Assembly (NCBI GenBank): GCA_038253555.1
Contig: JBBSGZ010000004.1
Coordinates: 1-63,637 of the forward strand
Source of the DNA: Thermoanaerobaculia bacterium
GTDB taxonomy: Bacteria; Acidobacteriota; Thermoanaerobaculia; UBA5066; Gp7-AA6
Direction of reading: 5' to 3'
Length of the DNA stretch: 63,637 bases
The notes below the pieces were generated by a model. That model saw nothing but the letters and a program-made list of their open reading frames with translations, was not told the origin of the DNA and ran no database searches. Positions 19,366 to 28,757 of the stretch are shown here, piece after piece. Numbering within the stretch: the stretch's first letter is position 1; each line of letters opens with the position of its first letter. A program made the position numbers and the translations under genes.

Positions 19366-19905
19366 TTACAGGATCGGACAGGGCCCGAGAGGGCTCTTCT
19401 GCCCGTGGACCAGCGTGAAGGTCCCCGGCGAGGGCGGGGTCCCGTCCACGAGCACATCGAGCGTCATCGTCGGGCCGTCCACACACCCCCCGTAGACCGC
19501 GGGCCGGGCGTACCGGGTCTCATCGGCCGGAACCGGCCCGCCTTCGCGGACGAACCAGCCCGGAAGGGAGAAGCGGCCCGCATCATCGAGGACGATCGGC
19601 TGAGTGACGGCGCCATGCGCACAGAAGAAACGGAGGGTCGCGCCCGCGGTGGTCGCGTCGAGTTCTGCCCTTTCCCCTCCCCACACGCCCGTCTGCAAGG
19701 GGGCCATGTTGCCTCGTGGCCCGATCAGGCGGGTCGGCGGCCGGCGGGGCCCGACGGCAGAGGCAGTCGACGAACCTCGCTCCTTCTCCTGCGCGCCCGC
19801 GGGTGCGGTCGGCGCACGGTCCGAGCACCCGGCCGCGAACCAGAGGAGCGTCAGCGCGACCGCGACTCGCGCAGAAACGATCGGGAGCCCGACTCGAAAT
19901 TTCAT
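19366..19905 (-). CDS. hypothetical lipoprotein
   Basis: It has a signal peptide with a lipobox (LLWFAAGC). There is no recognisable domain. Confidence 0.5.
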   Translation of the reverse strand: MKFRVGLPIVSARVAVALTLLWFAAGCSDRAPTAPAGAQEKERGSSTASAVGPRRPPTRLIGPRGNMAPLQTGVWGGERAELDATTAGATLRFFCAHGAVTQPIVLDDAGRFSLPGWFVREGGPVPADETRYARPAVYGGCVDGPTMTLDVLVDGTPPSPGTFTLVHGQKSPLGPCPIL

Positions 19906-20100
19906 GGTGTCCCGGCGGGGTCATCCTAACCCTTCCGGGAGCGCCCTTCGTGGACCGGGCTCGAGGCGGCGTGCATTCCGGGGCCGGCCGCCGGCGCATC
20001 CCCGGGGGTCCGCATTGCGTAAACTCTTCGGGGGGCGCTCCTTCGATCCACGGACGACGTCCTTCAAACGGGGGTGGGCCGCTGCGCCGAGCCCCGCCGT

Positions 20101-20751
20101 CTAGCGCGAGGTCGGCGGCATTCCGAGACCGTCTGCGTTCTCCCTCCGGCGGCGCCGCAGGTGCGTGGCGATCAGGATGACTCCGAGCAGGATGAACGCC
20201 GTGGGGGCGCCCCATCGTTCGAAGAAGGTCCAGTCGATATCGAAGTATCGGTCGATCAGCCAGAGGGACCCGAGCCCGATGAGGATCACGCCCCACGTGA
20301 GGCTGGACGTGCCGCTCGAAACGCGGACCGGCGCAGGAGCGGAAGCCGCGGAGGCGAATCCTGACGCGACGACAGAGCCCCGGTTGATGGCGTGGGCCTG
20401 GCGCACCGCGTCGATGATCGCGAAGAAGAAGACGAAGGCGATCATCGGGCCGAAGAATTCCCCGCGGCTGTGCGACGCTCCGTTGATGCAGACGATGAAG
20501 GCGAGCCCGAAAGCGAACCCGCGCTGGTAAAGGCCCAGGTAGAGGTGTCCCAACCCGGGGAACATGGAAAGCAACCCGGCCAGCAGGGGAGACTTCCGGT
20601 CCGCGGTATAGGCCGCAGAGACCGCCGGGGGCGGACCTCCAGCCACCGGCGGGGGGAACGGCGCGGCCGGTGGCGGAGGCGGGGGCGGCGGCGAATAAGG
20701 CGTGCTCTGGTCCATGGCGTTCTCCTCCTGGCGGGCGATCAGGCGCGCCAC
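20101..20751 (-). CDS. proline-rich membrane protein (TM2-like N-terminal half, DUF5668/LiaF-like C-terminal half), hypothetical
   Basis: It has a poly-Pro N-terminus, an FPGLGHLYLGLYQRG motif, and 4-5 TM helices. The likely start is ATG 20715. It lies downstream of the anti-sigma gene. Confidence 0.55.
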   Translation of the reverse strand: MARLIARQEENAMDQSTPYSPPPPPPPPAAPFPPPVAGGPPPAVSAAYTADRKSPLLAGLLSMFPGLGHLYLGLYQRGFAFGLAFIVCINGASHSRGEFFGPMIAFVFFFAIIDAVRQAHAINRGSVVASGFASAASAPAPVRVSSGTSSLTWGVILIGLGSLWLIDRYFDIDWTFFERWGAPTAFILLGVILIATHLRRRRRENADGLGMPPTSR

Positions 20752-21545
20752 GTTGGAATCGAGGTTTCGTTTTCGTTTACGGGCACGTTCCGCTCTTCGC
20801 CGTTGCGCGGACGGCTCTGGGGGGGACGGGGCTTTTCTTCGGGTCTCATGACGAGGGCGATGACATTGGAGAGAACCGCGCGTCCATACCCGCCGGCGCG
20901 GCCGCGCCAGACGGCCAGGGCGCGCGCGGCGCGCTGCTGGAATGCGCCGAGGCGATCCGCCAGCGACGCGTCGGCGACGACGGCCACCATCTTCGTTTCG
21001 TACTTCAATCCCGCGCCCGCTCTTCGGGCGAGGTCAGCCGGGTTGAAGCCGGCGAGCATCAAGACGAGCGCCGCGGCATAGGCGAAACCGATCGCCGCGC
21101 GCGGATCGAGCAGTTCGCGCCACCGGGATCGCGGCTTCGCCGGTCTCGTGGCCGAGATGCGTCCCGCCACCCAGGGGGCGGGAACCGGCGGGCTGAGCTC
21201 GCGCATCCCGGAGAGGGTCGCATACGCTTCGCGGCACCCGTCGCACCGTGACATGTGAAAGTCGAGCCGAGCCCGGTCTTCCGCCGCCGGCTCTTCGCCC
21301 GGCTCGAGAGAGGCGGCGATCAGGATCTCGGCTCCTTCACAGGAGACGGTGAGCGCGGGGATACGGAGGAGCGCGGCCCGCAATTGCGGCGACCACGCCG
21401 GGATCTGCAGGCCCGAAACGAGACTCTCGGCGGTCGCGAGGTCGCGACCGATGATCTCGCAGTCGTGACACGCCGCCCGGTGAGCGCGACGGTCGGCCTC
21501 CGGGGCCTCGGCGGCGAGCAGGCGCTCGATTTCCCGGCACGTCAT
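20739..21545 (-). CDS. anti-sigma factor (zf-HC2-type)
   Basis: An N-terminal H-x3-C-x2-C motif is present (AHRAACHDCEI). Its start overlaps the sigma factor stop (ATGA). It has a central TM helix. Confidence 0.7.
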   Translation of the reverse strand: MTCREIERLLAAEAPEADRRAHRAACHDCEIIGRDLATAESLVSGLQIPAWSPQLRAALLRIPALTVSCEGAEILIAASLEPGEEPAAEDRARLDFHMSRCDGCREAYATLSGMRELSPPVPAPWVAGRISATRPAKPRSRWRELLDPRAAIGFAYAAALVLMLAGFNPADLARRAGAGLKYETKMVAVVADASLADRLGAFQQRAARALAVWRGRAGGYGRAVLSNVIALVMRPEEKPRPPQSRPRNGEERNVPVNENETSIPTWRA

Positions 21546-22198
21546 ACGAACGCTCCCGCAGCGACCGCGAGCGAGGCCATAACGCCCGTTCCCCGATTCT
21601 CGTGGCGCTCGCGGACTTTGCGCGCGACTTCTGCGCGAGCGCGGAAGAGTCTCGACTTGACCGTGCCCTCCGGGAGCGACAGCGACCGGCCGATCTCGTC
21701 ATACGCGAGGCCCTCGAGGTCCCGGAGCACGAGGATCTCGGCCAAATCCTCAGGGATCTCGGCGAGAGCGGAAAAGAGCATCTTCGTGCGCTCCTTCTTG
21801 AGCGCGTCCGCGGCCGGGTCGTCCTGCGACCGCAGGAGGGGCATCACCGCATCGTCGGAGATGAAGCGGAAGGACTTTTCGCGTTTCCTGCGGCGGTAGC
21901 GGTCGATGCAGAGGTTGCGGGAGAGCGAGACAATCCAGGCGATCAGCGGGAACCCGCCGTCGTAACGCTCCAGGTTTTCGAAGATCTTCAAAAAGATTTC
22001 CTGCGAGAGCTCCTCGGCGTCCTCGCGCTTCAACGTGAAGTGGTAAGCGACCGAGTAAATCCTCTGGCCGAAGCGGTCCACGAGCTCCCTCCATGCCTCG
22101 TCCTCGCCTTTGCGGCACCGGTCTACGAGGCTCTTGTCGTCGTTGCTGCTCAATTCATCCTCACAGCCACAAGACGCAGGCTGGGCACAAAAGTTCAC
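21542..22198 (-). CDS. RNA polymerase ECF sigma factor (sigma-70 group 4)
   Basis: Region 2 is AEELSQEIFLKIFENL...LIAWIVSLSRNLCIDRYRR. Region 4 is LVLRDLEGLAYDEIGRSLSLPEGTVKSRLFRAR. An alternative start at TTG 22153 is preceded by GAGGA. Confidence 0.9.
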   Translation of the reverse strand: MNFCAQPASCGCEDELSSNDDKSLVDRCRKGEDEAWRELVDRFGQRIYSVAYHFTLKREDAEELSQEIFLKIFENLERYDGGFPLIAWIVSLSRNLCIDRYRRRKREKSFRFISDDAVMPLLRSQDDPAADALKKERTKMLFSALAEIPEDLAEILVLRDLEGLAYDEIGRSLSLPEGTVKSRLFRARAEVARKVRERHENRGTGVMASLAVAAGAFV

Positions 22199-22274
22199 AG
22201 GGCGGCCGGGCCGGGGGAGAGGGCTCCGGGGAGCGACCGGCCACCGGGCCCCGATGGGTCATCGACTTGCCAGA

Positions 22275-22294
22275 GGGTCGCGTCTCCGCGACCC
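22275..22294 (-). terminator. GC hairpin downstream of pcnB (GGGTCGCG-TCTC-CGCGACCC)
   Basis: The stem is a perfect 8 bp with a 4-nt loop. It lies in the pcnB / sigma factor intergenic region. There is no U-tract. Confidence 0.3.
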
Positions 22295-22389
22295 GGGGAG
22301 ACCCGAATCACCAGACGAGGACATCCGCCGGATCATACGGCGGAGAAAGGCTGACCTGGTCGGGGGCCGGAAGAGCGAGCCGAATGCCC

Positions 22390-23763
22390 CTACGCCCTGG
22401 GCCCCCGGCCCCGCCCCCGGCCGCCGCGGCGGCGGCGCGTCGCCGCCGGCCCGCGCGGGTCGGCGGGGGTGTCCGTCTCGAAGCTCTCCCGGGTCTTGCG
22501 GGCGCGGTCCCCGAAAGCCCGCCACTCCCGCGCGAGCTCTTCGCCCCGCCCGGTGGCCAGGGCGCCGAGCTCGAAAAGGTCGAGCGCGGTCGAAAAAGTT
22601 TCCCGGAAGGCGATCCTGCGCGTTGCCAGCCGGTTGTCGGGCCGATAGGAGAAACGGCCGATGGTCGCGAGGGCCTGCTGGACGCGGTGCGAGATGGCGT
22701 GCGGAAGAGACATGCGGATCGCGATTGGAGGGACCAGATCCTCGAGAATGCGGCCGAGGACGGCCGGATCCGGATCGCCGCCGGGGACGGCCTCGCGCAC
22801 GCGGGCCCGCGCGATCGGCAGGAAAAAGAGCCCGAAGAGGGCGGCATCGTCGAAGGGCCGGCCGCGGCGCCGCTCCGCATCCAAAATCTCCAGCAGCGCC
22901 CAGAAAAGATGGCCGGTCCCATGGGAGTGGTCCGGATCGATCTCCCGCAGCACGTCCGCAAGCTCCGGGAGGAGGACGTCCAAGAGCCCCACTTCGCGCA
23001 GGAGGAGAAACGTCGGCAGCGCGTGTCCGCCGCGCAGCGACTGGAGAAGCTCCTCGGTGACCCGGGGTGGAGCCGACTTGGCGATCTCCTTGCGGCACTC
23101 GAGGACGGCTTCATAGCCGTCCGGGGTGATCGCAAACCCCAGCCGGCTCGCGAATTCGACCCCCCGGAGCATACGGACCGGATCCTCGCGGAAGCGGACC
23201 TGGGCGTCGCCGATAGTCCGGAGGAGGCCGGCTTCGAGATCGTCTAAGCCGCCGACGTAGTCGATGACGGAGAAGTCCGAAATGTCGTAGAAGAGGCCGT
23301 TGATGGTGAAGTCGCGCCGGAGCGCATCCTCGCGGGCCGTTCCGAACGTGTTGTCGGAGGTCATCAGCAGCTCGGGGGCGTCGGGATCGGCGCTCTCGGG
23401 CCTCCGGCGGAAGGTGGCGACCTCGATGACCTTGCCGTCGGCGAACAGGATGTGGGCGAGGCGAAATCTGCGCCCGATCAGGCGGCAGTTCCGGAAGAGG
23501 CGGCGCAGCGCCTGCGGGTGCGCGTCGGTCCCGATGTCGAAATCCTTCGGTGTGCGCCCGAGCAGCAGGTCGCGAACGCTTCCGCCCACCAGGTACGCCT
23601 TGTATCCGGCGGAAGAAAGACGGTAGAGGACCTTCAGGGCGTCCGGGTCGATCTGCTTGCGCGAGATCGAGTGCTGGCTGCGCGGTCGGACGCGCGGGAG
23701 CACCTCGGGGGTGTCGGAAGGCTCGATTGTCAGGCTCGAAATCGGCGCGTTCGCTTCGGTAAT
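22390..23763 (-). CDS. pcnB: polynucleotide adenylyltransferase (poly(A) polymerase I family)
   Basis: AYLVGGSVRDLLLGRTPKDFDIGT and RNCRLIGRRFRLAHILF are PcnB/CCA-family motifs. The start is uncertain. The track ORF extends to 23973 but would then overlap the divergent livK-like gene and the AT-rich promoter region. Candidate starts are ATT 23763 and GTG 23703. Confidence 0.8.
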   Translation of the reverse strand: MTEANAPISSLTIEPSDTPEVLPRVRPRSQHSISRKQIDPDALKVLYRLSSAGYKAYLVGGSVRDLLLGRTPKDFDIGTDAHPQALRRLFRNCRLIGRRFRLAHILFADGKVIEVATFRRRPESADPDAPELLMTSDNTFGTAREDALRRDFTINGLFYDISDFSVIDYVGGLDDLEAGLLRTIGDAQVRFREDPVRMLRGVEFASRLGFAITPDGYEAVLECRKEIAKSAPPRVTEELLQSLRGGHALPTFLLLREVGLLDVLLPELADVLREIDPDHSHGTGHLFWALLEILDAERRRGRPFDDAALFGLFFLPIARARVREAVPGGDPDPAVLGRILEDLVPPIAIRMSLPHAISHRVQQALATIGRFSYRPDNRLATRRIAFRETFSTALDLFELGALATGRGEELAREWRAFGDRARKTRESFETDTPADPRGPAATRRRRGGRGRGRGPRA

Positions 23764-23909
23764 GGCGGCCCTCCATGGCCGGGGATCGGACTTTCCGAAA
23801 ACACGGGCATTGTAGCCGAAGTAATTGAGAGAATTGATCTTTTGACTTTGTTCCGCCCTCTGCGAAAGAATACGCCGTCTTTGGCGAAAGCGACGCAAGG
23901 AGGCTTCCG

Positions 23910-25091
23910 ATGAGGATTCCCCTGAGGATTCCGATGAGGATCCGATTCCTGCTGTGCGGAGCGGCCTGCGCACTCGTCGTGTCGGTTCTCGCGTGCGGAA
24001 AGGCGGGAAGCACGGGGAGCGAGATCCTGGTCGGGGAGTACGGCTCGCTGACCGGAGGCATCGCGACCTTCGGCATCTCGACTCGCGACGGTTCCTCCCA
24101 GGCCTTCGACGAGATCAACAAGGCCGGGGGGGTCCTCGGAAAAAAGATCCGCCTTCTCGTCGAGGACGACCAGTCCAAGCCCGAAGAGGTCGGAACCGTC
24201 GTCACGAAGCTGATCAACCAGAATCACGTCGTCTCGATGCTCGGCCACGTCGCGTCCTCCTACTCTCTGGCGGCCGCGCCGATCTGCCAGTCGAACAAGA
24301 TCCCCATGATCACCCCCTCTTCGACGAATCCCCGCGTGACTCAGATCGGCGATTACATCTTCCGGGTCTGCTTCATGGACGATTTCCAGGGCGCCGTCAT
24401 GGCGAAATTCGCCGCCGACACTCTGAAAGCCAAGCGCGTGGCGATCCTGGTCGACATCCGTAACGACTATTCGGTCGGACTGCAGAAGGTCTTTCGGGAG
24501 CAGTTCACGAAACGCGGCGGTACGATCGTCGCCGAACAGTCGTTCTCGCAGGGCGACTCGGACTTTCACGCCCAGCTGACCCAGATCAAGGCGACGAACC
24601 CGGAGGCGATCTACGTCCCGGGTTATTACACCGAAGTCGGCACCATCGCCCACCAGGAGAAGGGGCTCGGCTTGAACGTGCCGCTCTTAGGCGGCGACGG
24701 ATGGGATTCCCCGAAGCTCTGGGAGATCGGAGGCGAGGCCTTGAACGGCTGCTACTTCTCCGACCACTACTCGACCGACGATCCCGCCCCGAACGTTCAG
24801 AAGTTCGTGAGCGACTACAAGAGCCGGTACAAGAACCAGCTCCCCGATGCGCTCGCCGCGCTGGCCTACGACGCGGCGAAGATCCTCGCCGATGCCATGA
24901 CGCGCGCCGGGTCGACAGACGGGGCGAAGGTGCGGGACGCGATCGCCGCCACGAAGGAGTATCAGGGCGTGACCGGAAAGATCTCGATCGGGCCGGACAG
25001 AAACGCCGTCAAGCCGGCCGTCGTCCTGAAAGTCGAGAACGGCAAGTACGTCCTGGTCGAAACGATTTCCCCGGAACAGGTCAAGCTCTGA
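23910..25091 (+). CDS. branched-chain amino acid ABC transporter substrate-binding protein
   Basis: AAGGAGG lies 7 nt upstream of the ATG. A lipobox is present (VLACG). The protein is LivK/LivJ-like type I periplasmic binding fold (ILVGEYGSLTG...VSMLGHVASS). Confidence 0.9.
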   Translation: MRIPLRIPMRIRFLLCGAACALVVSVLACGKAGSTGSEILVGEYGSLTGGIATFGISTRDGSSQAFDEINKAGGVLGKKIRLLVEDDQSKPEEVGTVVTKLINQNHVVSMLGHVASSYSLAAAPICQSNKIPMITPSSTNPRVTQIGDYIFRVCFMDDFQGAVMAKFAADTLKAKRVAILVDIRNDYSVGLQKVFREQFTKRGGTIVAEQSFSQGDSDFHAQLTQIKATNPEAIYVPGYYTEVGTIAHQEKGLGLNVPLLGGDGWDSPKLWEIGGEALNGCYFSDHYSTDDPAPNVQKFVSDYKSRYKNQLPDALAALAYDAAKILADAMTRAGSTDGAKVRDAIAATKEYQGVTGKISIGPDRNAVKPAVVLKVENGKYVLVETISPEQVKL

Positions 25092-25173
25092 TCGGGACGG
25101 CGCTCGCCCCGCGCGGCCTCTGGCCGTGCCGGGCGGCCCCGTCCGGGTCTTCCCGCGGGCCGGCGCGTTTGTC

Positions 25174-26070
25174 ATGACCACTTTTCTTCAACAGCTGGTC
25201 AACGGGCTCTCGCTCGGGTCGATCTACGCCTTGATCGCGCTCGGCTACACGATGGTGTACGGGGTGCTTCGCCTGATCAACTTCGCGCACGGCGACGTCT
25301 ACATGGTCGGCGCGTACGTGGGCTACTACCTCTCGCGGAAGCTCCAGGGCAAGGAGCCGTCGCTGCCCAACGCCATCCTCGTAATGATGGGCGCGATGGC
25401 CGCCTGCGCGATCTTCGGGCTGATCATCGAGCGGCTCGCTTACCGGCCCGTGCGGAAGGCGTCCCGGTTGACCCTGCTCATCACCGCCATCGGCGTCTCG
25501 CTCTTCATCGAGAACGCCGCGCAACTGCTGTTCGGCGCGGATCCCAAATTCTTTCCGTCCCTGGCCCCCCGGGCCGACTTCATCGTGGCCGGCGTGCGCC
25601 TGACGAGCGAGCAGATCACCGTCATCGCGGTGTCCTTCCTTCTGATGATCCTGCTCCGGTTTTTCATCCAGAAGACCCGGACCGGCAAGGCAATGCGGGC
25701 GGTGTCGTTCAACCTGGACGCGGCCAAATTGATGGGCATCTCGACGGACCGCATCATCGCCACGACGTTTGCCGTCGGCTCGGCGCTCGCCGCCGCCGCC
25801 GGTGTCCTGATTGGCATGCAGATCCCCAAGATCGACCCGCTCATGGGGATCCTGTACGGGCTGAAGGCGTTCGTGGCCGCGGTCCTGGGCGGGATCGGGA
25901 ACGTCCCCGGCGCCGTGCTGGGAGGCCTTCTGATCGGCACCTCCGAGGTGATGGTCGTCGGGTATCTCTCCTCGACCTACCGGGACGCGATCGCGTTCGG
26001 AATCCTGATCCTGGTCCTCATCCTCCGTCCGCAGGGGATCCTCGGGCGCGTGACCAAAGAGAAGGTATGA
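25174..26070 (+). CDS. livH: branched-chain amino acid ABC transporter permease (LivH-type)
   Basis: The start is ATG 25174, giving MTTFLQQLVNGLSLGSIYALIALGYTMVYG, a typical LivH N-terminus. Confidence 0.9.
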   Translation: MTTFLQQLVNGLSLGSIYALIALGYTMVYGVLRLINFAHGDVYMVGAYVGYYLSRKLQGKEPSLPNAILVMMGAMAACAIFGLIIERLAYRPVRKASRLTLLITAIGVSLFIENAAQLLFGADPKFFPSLAPRADFIVAGVRLTSEQITVIAVSFLLMILLRFFIQKTRTGKAMRAVSFNLDAAKLMGISTDRIIATTFAVGSALAAAAGVLIGMQIPKIDPLMGILYGLKAFVAAVLGGIGNVPGAVLGGLLIGTSEVMVVGYLSSTYRDAIAFGILILVLILRPQGILGRVTKEKV

Positions 26071-27089
26071 AGTCCGGGTTGAGGACAGGTCTCGTCGCCG
26101 CCGGAACGGTGGCGCTGCTGCTGGTTCTGAACTCCCTCTTCACCGGATCGCTCGTGTCCGGCGTCGCCATGCCGCCTTACATCCTGCAGGTCATCTGCCT
26201 CGCGGGGATCAACATCATTCTCGCCGTCAGCCTGAACCTCATCAACGGGTTTACCGGACAGTTCTCGATCGGCCATGCCGGCTTCATGGCGATCGGCGCG
26301 TACGCCTCGGCGTACGTCACGGTCGCCTGGGGGGACCGCTTTCGCGCCGCGACGTCGTTTCTGCCGGAGTTCGCGCGCGATGGAGCGCTTCTGCTCTTCG
26401 CTCTCGCGGTGGGTGCCCTTCTCGCGGCGATCGCCGGATTCTTCGTGGGAGTTCCGTCGCTGCGGCTGCGAGGCGACTACCTCGCGATCGTGACGCTCGG
26501 CTTCGGGGAGATCATCCGCGTCTTCATCCTGAACATCGACGCGGTGGGAGGCGCGCGCGGATACTCTGGAATTCCGAAGCTCGCGAACTTCTTCTGGATC
26601 TACCTCTTCGCAGCGATCACCGTCGTGGTCGTCTCGAGGACGGTCAAGTCCTCCTTCGGACGGACGCTGATCGCGATCCGGGAGGATGAGATCGCGGCCG
26701 AGGCCATGGGTGTCGACACGACCCGGAGCAAGGTGATCTCGTTTGTCCTCTCCTCCGCCATGGCGGGCATCGGGGGAGGGCTCTTCGGGCACTACCTCAT
26801 GTATCTCCACACGAATTCGTTCACGTTCATCAAGTCGATCGAGATCATCATCATGATCGTGATCGGCGGCCTCGGCTCGATCACGGGGTCCGTCCTCGGG
26901 GCGATCCTGTTCATCGCGTTGACGGAAGGGCTCCGGGAGTTCTCCCAGTACCGCATGGTCCTGTTTTCCCTTCTTCTGATCGTGATCATGATCGTGCGGC
27001 CCCAGGGCATCCTCGGCCATCTCGAGTTCCGGCAGTTCTTCGGAAGGCGCCGGCGGCTCGACGCGCCGGTTCCGCCCGCCATCACCTAG
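26067..27089 (+). CDS. livM: branched-chain amino acid ABC transporter permease (LivM-type)
   Basis: It shares an ATGA overlap with livH. It is a polytopic membrane protein containing GQFSIGHAGFMAIGAY. Confidence 0.9.
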   Translation: MKSGLRTGLVAAGTVALLLVLNSLFTGSLVSGVAMPPYILQVICLAGINIILAVSLNLINGFTGQFSIGHAGFMAIGAYASAYVTVAWGDRFRAATSFLPEFARDGALLLFALAVGALLAAIAGFFVGVPSLRLRGDYLAIVTLGFGEIIRVFILNIDAVGGARGYSGIPKLANFFWIYLFAAITVVVVSRTVKSSFGRTLIAIREDEIAAEAMGVDTTRSKVISFVLSSAMAGIGGGLFGHYLMYLHTNSFTFIKSIEIIIMIVIGGLGSITGSVLGAILFIALTEGLREFSQYRMVLFSLLLIVIMIVRPQGILGHLEFRQFFGRRRRLDAPVPPAIT

Positions 27090-27093
27090 TCAC

Positions 27094-27855
27094 ATGCCGC
27101 TTCTGGATCTCTCGAACGTCACGATGCGGTTCGGCGGCCTGGTCGCCGTCAACGACCTGAACCTGAAGATCGAACCCGGCCAGCTGTACGGCCTGATCGG
27201 CCCGAACGGCGCCGGTAAGACGACCGTCTTCAACGTGATCACCGGCGTGTACACGCCGACCTCCGGCTCCGTGCGCTTCGACGACGGCGACATCGCGGGG
27301 GAGCGGTCGGGTCTGATCACCCGGCGGGGCATCGCCCGGACGTTTCAGAACATCCGCCTCTTCGGCGACATGACCGTGCTCGAAAACGTGAAGGTGGCGT
27401 TTCACTGCCGCCAGTCGGCCGATCTCGCCGCCGCCGTCTTCCGCACGGGAACGCACGCGTCGGAGGAGTCGCGGGTCGAGCGGGAGAGCCTCGAGCTCCT
27501 GCGCATCTTCAACCTGGACGGGTCCGCGTCCGAAAAGGCACGTAATCTGCCGTACGGCAGCCAGAGGCGCCTCGAGATTGCCCGGGCGATGGCGACGTCG
27601 CCGCGGGTGCTGCTCTTGGACGAGCCCGCCGCCGGGATGAATCCCCAGGAATCCGGCCAGCTGATGGACCTGATCCGCTGGATCCGCGACCGCTTCGGGA
27701 TGGCGGTGCTGCTCGTCGAGCACAACATGAAGGTCGTCATGGGGATCTGCGAGACGGTGCACGTGCTCGACTACGGGTCGACGATTGCCGTGGGAAAGCC
27801 GGCCGAGATCCAGTCGAACCCAAGGGTCATCGAAGCGTACCTGGGGGGCGCGTGA
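27094..27855 (+). CDS. livG: ABC transporter ATP-binding protein (LivG-type)
   Basis: Walker A is GPNGAGKTT. The signature motif reads YGSQRRLEIARA. Walker B is LLLDEPAAG. Confidence 0.9.
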   Translation: MPLLDLSNVTMRFGGLVAVNDLNLKIEPGQLYGLIGPNGAGKTTVFNVITGVYTPTSGSVRFDDGDIAGERSGLITRRGIARTFQNIRLFGDMTVLENVKVAFHCRQSADLAAAVFRTGTHASEESRVERESLELLRIFNLDGSASEKARNLPYGSQRRLEIARAMATSPRVLLLDEPAAGMNPQESGQLMDLIRWIRDRFGMAVLLVEHNMKVVMGICETVHVLDYGSTIAVGKPAEIQSNPRVIEAYLGGA

Positions 27856-28589
27856 CGCTTCCGTCCGGCACGATGGTTCGCGAGCCCGTGCTGGAGGTCC
27901 GGGATCTGCGCGTGTTCTACGGCGCGATCGAGGCCCTCCGGGGCGTGTCGCTCGTCCTCCACGAGGGGGAGATCGTGACTTTGATCGGCGCCAATGGCGC
28001 GGGGAAGTCGACGACGCTGCGCGCGATCATGAACCTCGTTCCCGCCCGGGACGGGGAGATCTTCTTCCGGGGGAAGACGACGAAGGGCCGGCCCACGTTC
28101 CGGCTCGTGCGCGGGGGCCTCGTTCTCGTTCCGGAAGGCCGGGCGATTTTCGCCAATCTCTCGGTTCACGAAAACCTCGAGATGGGAGCGTACGCGCGGC
28201 GCGACCGGGAAATCGACTCCGACATGGAACGGGTCTTCCAGGTCTTCCCGCGGCTCACGGAGCGCGACAAGCAAACGGCGGGAACCCTCTCCGGCGGGGA
28301 ACAGCAGATGCTCGCCATCGGCCGCGCCTTGATGTCACGACCGCAGGTGCTCCTGCTGGACGAGCCGTCGCTCGGTCTCGCCCCCCTTCTCGTCCACACG
28401 ATCTTCGAAGCGATCGAAGAGATCCACCGGCAGGGCACCCCGGTTCTTCTCGTAGAGCAGAACGCGAACGCGGCGTTGAAGCACTCGAGTCGCGCCTACG
28501 TCCTGGAGACCGGGGCCGTCGCCCTCGAGGGGACGTCCGCGGAAGTCGCCGCGAATCCCAAAGTCAAGGAAGCGTACCTGGGAGAGTGA
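27852..28589 (+). CDS. livF: ABC transporter ATP-binding protein (LivF-type)
   Basis: It shares a GTGA overlap with livG. Walker A is GANGAGKST, the signature is LSGGEQQ, and Walker B is LLLDEPS. Confidence 0.9.
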   Translation: MTLPSGTMVREPVLEVRDLRVFYGAIEALRGVSLVLHEGEIVTLIGANGAGKSTTLRAIMNLVPARDGEIFFRGKTTKGRPTFRLVRGGLVLVPEGRAIFANLSVHENLEMGAYARRDREIDSDMERVFQVFPRLTERDKQTAGTLSGGEQQMLAIGRALMSRPQVLLLDEPSLGLAPLLVHTIFEAIEEIHRQGTPVLLVEQNANAALKHSSRAYVLETGAVALEGTSAEVAANPKVKEAYLGE

Positions 28590-28757
28590 CGTCGGTGTCG
28601 CCGGGCTGAAGTCGCCCGCGGCCTTCGTCGGGGACTTCCGGAGAGTCCTTGAACTCGCGCTCGGCGAACCGGAGCTGGGCGGGCCCCCGATCCGTCACAG
28701 CTTGCCGTTTCGAAGGTCATTCGACACCCGGCCGTCTGCGGAGAGTCTGGCAGGGAG

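Noticed and set aside
19366-22198. The cluster of ECF sigma, zf-HC2 anti-sigma, Pro-rich membrane protein and lipoprotein, considered as a candidate novel system.
   Set aside because: This is the standard architecture of ECF sigma/anti-sigma loci with co-transcribed envelope proteins. Nothing in the sequence sets it apart.
22205-22235. CCGGGGGAGAGGGCTCC, resembling the right arm of the REP-like hairpin.
   Set aside because: The CCCTCTCCCC left arm is missing, and so are both conserved flanking blocks (TACCTGCGGG and TAAGCTCGCC). I treat this as chance G-rich similarity.
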